Source: the human T2T-CHM13v2.0 reference genome, Homo sapiens | Strand: one strand, 5' to 3' | NCBI RefSeq assembly: GCF_009914755.1 | Contig: NC_060945.1 | Length of the DNA: 64,000 nt | In this document: positions 62,701-64,000 of the stretch, in pieces | Layout: each line of letters begins with the position of its first letter | Numbering within the stretch: the stretch's first letter is position 1 | Notes under the pieces: generated by a model | The model's database searches: none | Seen by the model: the letters and a program-made list of their open reading frames with translations, nothing else | Told to the model about the DNA's origin: nothing | Translations under genes and position numbers: made by a program

Positions 62701-64000
62701 CATACTCTCAGACCACAACTAAATTAAAAACAAAAATCAATACTAAGAAGATCTCACAAAACCATACAATTACATGAAAATAAAACTTATCTGATTCTCA
62801 ATGACATTTGGGTAAAGAATGAAATTAAAGCAGAAATCAAGAAATTCTTTGAAACTAAAGAAAATGAAGGTACAACATATCAGAATCTCTGGGACTCAAC
62901 TCAGGCAGTGCTAAATGCCCACATCAAAAGTTAGAAAGATCTCAAATAACCAGCCTAACATCACACCTAAAGGAATGAGAAAACAAGAGCAAACCAACCT
63001 CAAGGCTAGCAGAACAAAATAACCAAAATCAGAATTGAGCTGAACAAAATTGACATTTGAAAAATCCAACAAGATATCAACTAAACCAAAAGTTGGTCAT
63101 TTGAAATAATAAAATTAACAGACCCTCAGCTAGACTAATAAAGAAAAAAAAAGAGAGAGAAATACAAATATTTTAGAAATGACAAAGGAGACATTTCCAC
63201 AGACCCCACAGAAATACAGGAAAAAAAAAAAACCTCTTTATGCACACAACCTAGAAAACCTAGAAGAAATGGATACATTTCTGCAACACTTCCCAGATTG
63301 AACCAGGAAGAAATTGAAACATGGAATTGACCAATAATGAGTTCCAAAATTGAATTAAAAATAAAAACCCTACAAACCAGAAAAAACCCTTGAACAGACA
63401 GATTCATAGCCAAATTCTACTGGACATATAAAGAACAGTTGGTGACAACACTATTGAAACTATTTCAAAAAATTTGAGGATGGACTCCTCCCTGACTTAT
63501 TATCTGAGTCCAGTGTCATTCTCATACCACCAACTGGCAGAGACCCAACAAAAAAATTAAAACTTCAGGTCAATATTCCTGATATTTCCCAACAATATAG
63601 TAGTCAATCAAATCAGTTGCACATCAAAGAGCCAATAGATTACAATCAAGTAGGTTTATTTCTGGGAGGTAGAGTTGGTTCAACATATGCAAATCAGTAC
63701 ATATGATTCATTACATAAACAGAACTAAAAAAATGATCATTTCAATAGATGCACAGAAGACTTTTGATAAAATTCAACATCCCTTCATGTTAAAAACTGT
63801 CAAAGCTAGGCATTGAAATAAAATGCCACAAAATAAGAAGAGCCATCTATAACAAACCAATAGCTAATGTCATACTGAATGAACAAAAGCAGAAAACATT
63901 CCCCTTGAGAACCAGAACAAGACAAGGATGCCCAATCTCTCTACTTCCATTCAACATAGTACTGGAAACCCAGCACAGTAAAGCAAGAGAAATATGTAGC
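59783..64000 (+). mobile_element. Old L1P (PA13-16/PREC2-like) from the 5' UTR into the ORF2 RT region, running off the window
   Basis: gccaagatggc start; ORF1 atgagaaagaaccagtgt at about 60923; ORF2 atgacagga at about 61995; gtgggagactt (VGDF); agacaaggatgccca (RQGCP). Confidence 0.9.

Overview
AT-rich primate (human/ape-like) genomic DNA with no recognisable host protein-coding exon or RNA gene. It reads as a gene desert or large intron made mostly of transposable elements. These include 18 Alu copies or fragments (S/J-type, no AluY diagnostics seen), a full-length decayed L1PA7-like element with a 14-bp TSD (17974-24458), two 5'-inverted twin-primed L1s, many older L1M/L1PB/L2/MIR relics, a near full-length Tigger1, a MER1 hAT element, MaLR LTRs and ERV1 LTRs, including a MER61 provirus lacking its 5' LTR. 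Every long ORF with a recognisable match is a broken L1, Tigger1 or Alu translation. I found no evidence of a novel gene system. Two signals stand out. (1) At least five scars look like locally templated DNA-repair insertions. Two share the same architecture of a local tandem duplication plus a copy of sequence about 0.9 kb downstream (29 bp at 9560, 303 bp at 48912), and three are fold-back or iterative (23688, 31719, 61390). (2) An MLT1A-like LTR stops at its own polyadenylation site and continues as a pure A31 tract. Subfamily names come from recalled consensus features, not a RepeatMasker run, and boundaries of old elements are approximate.
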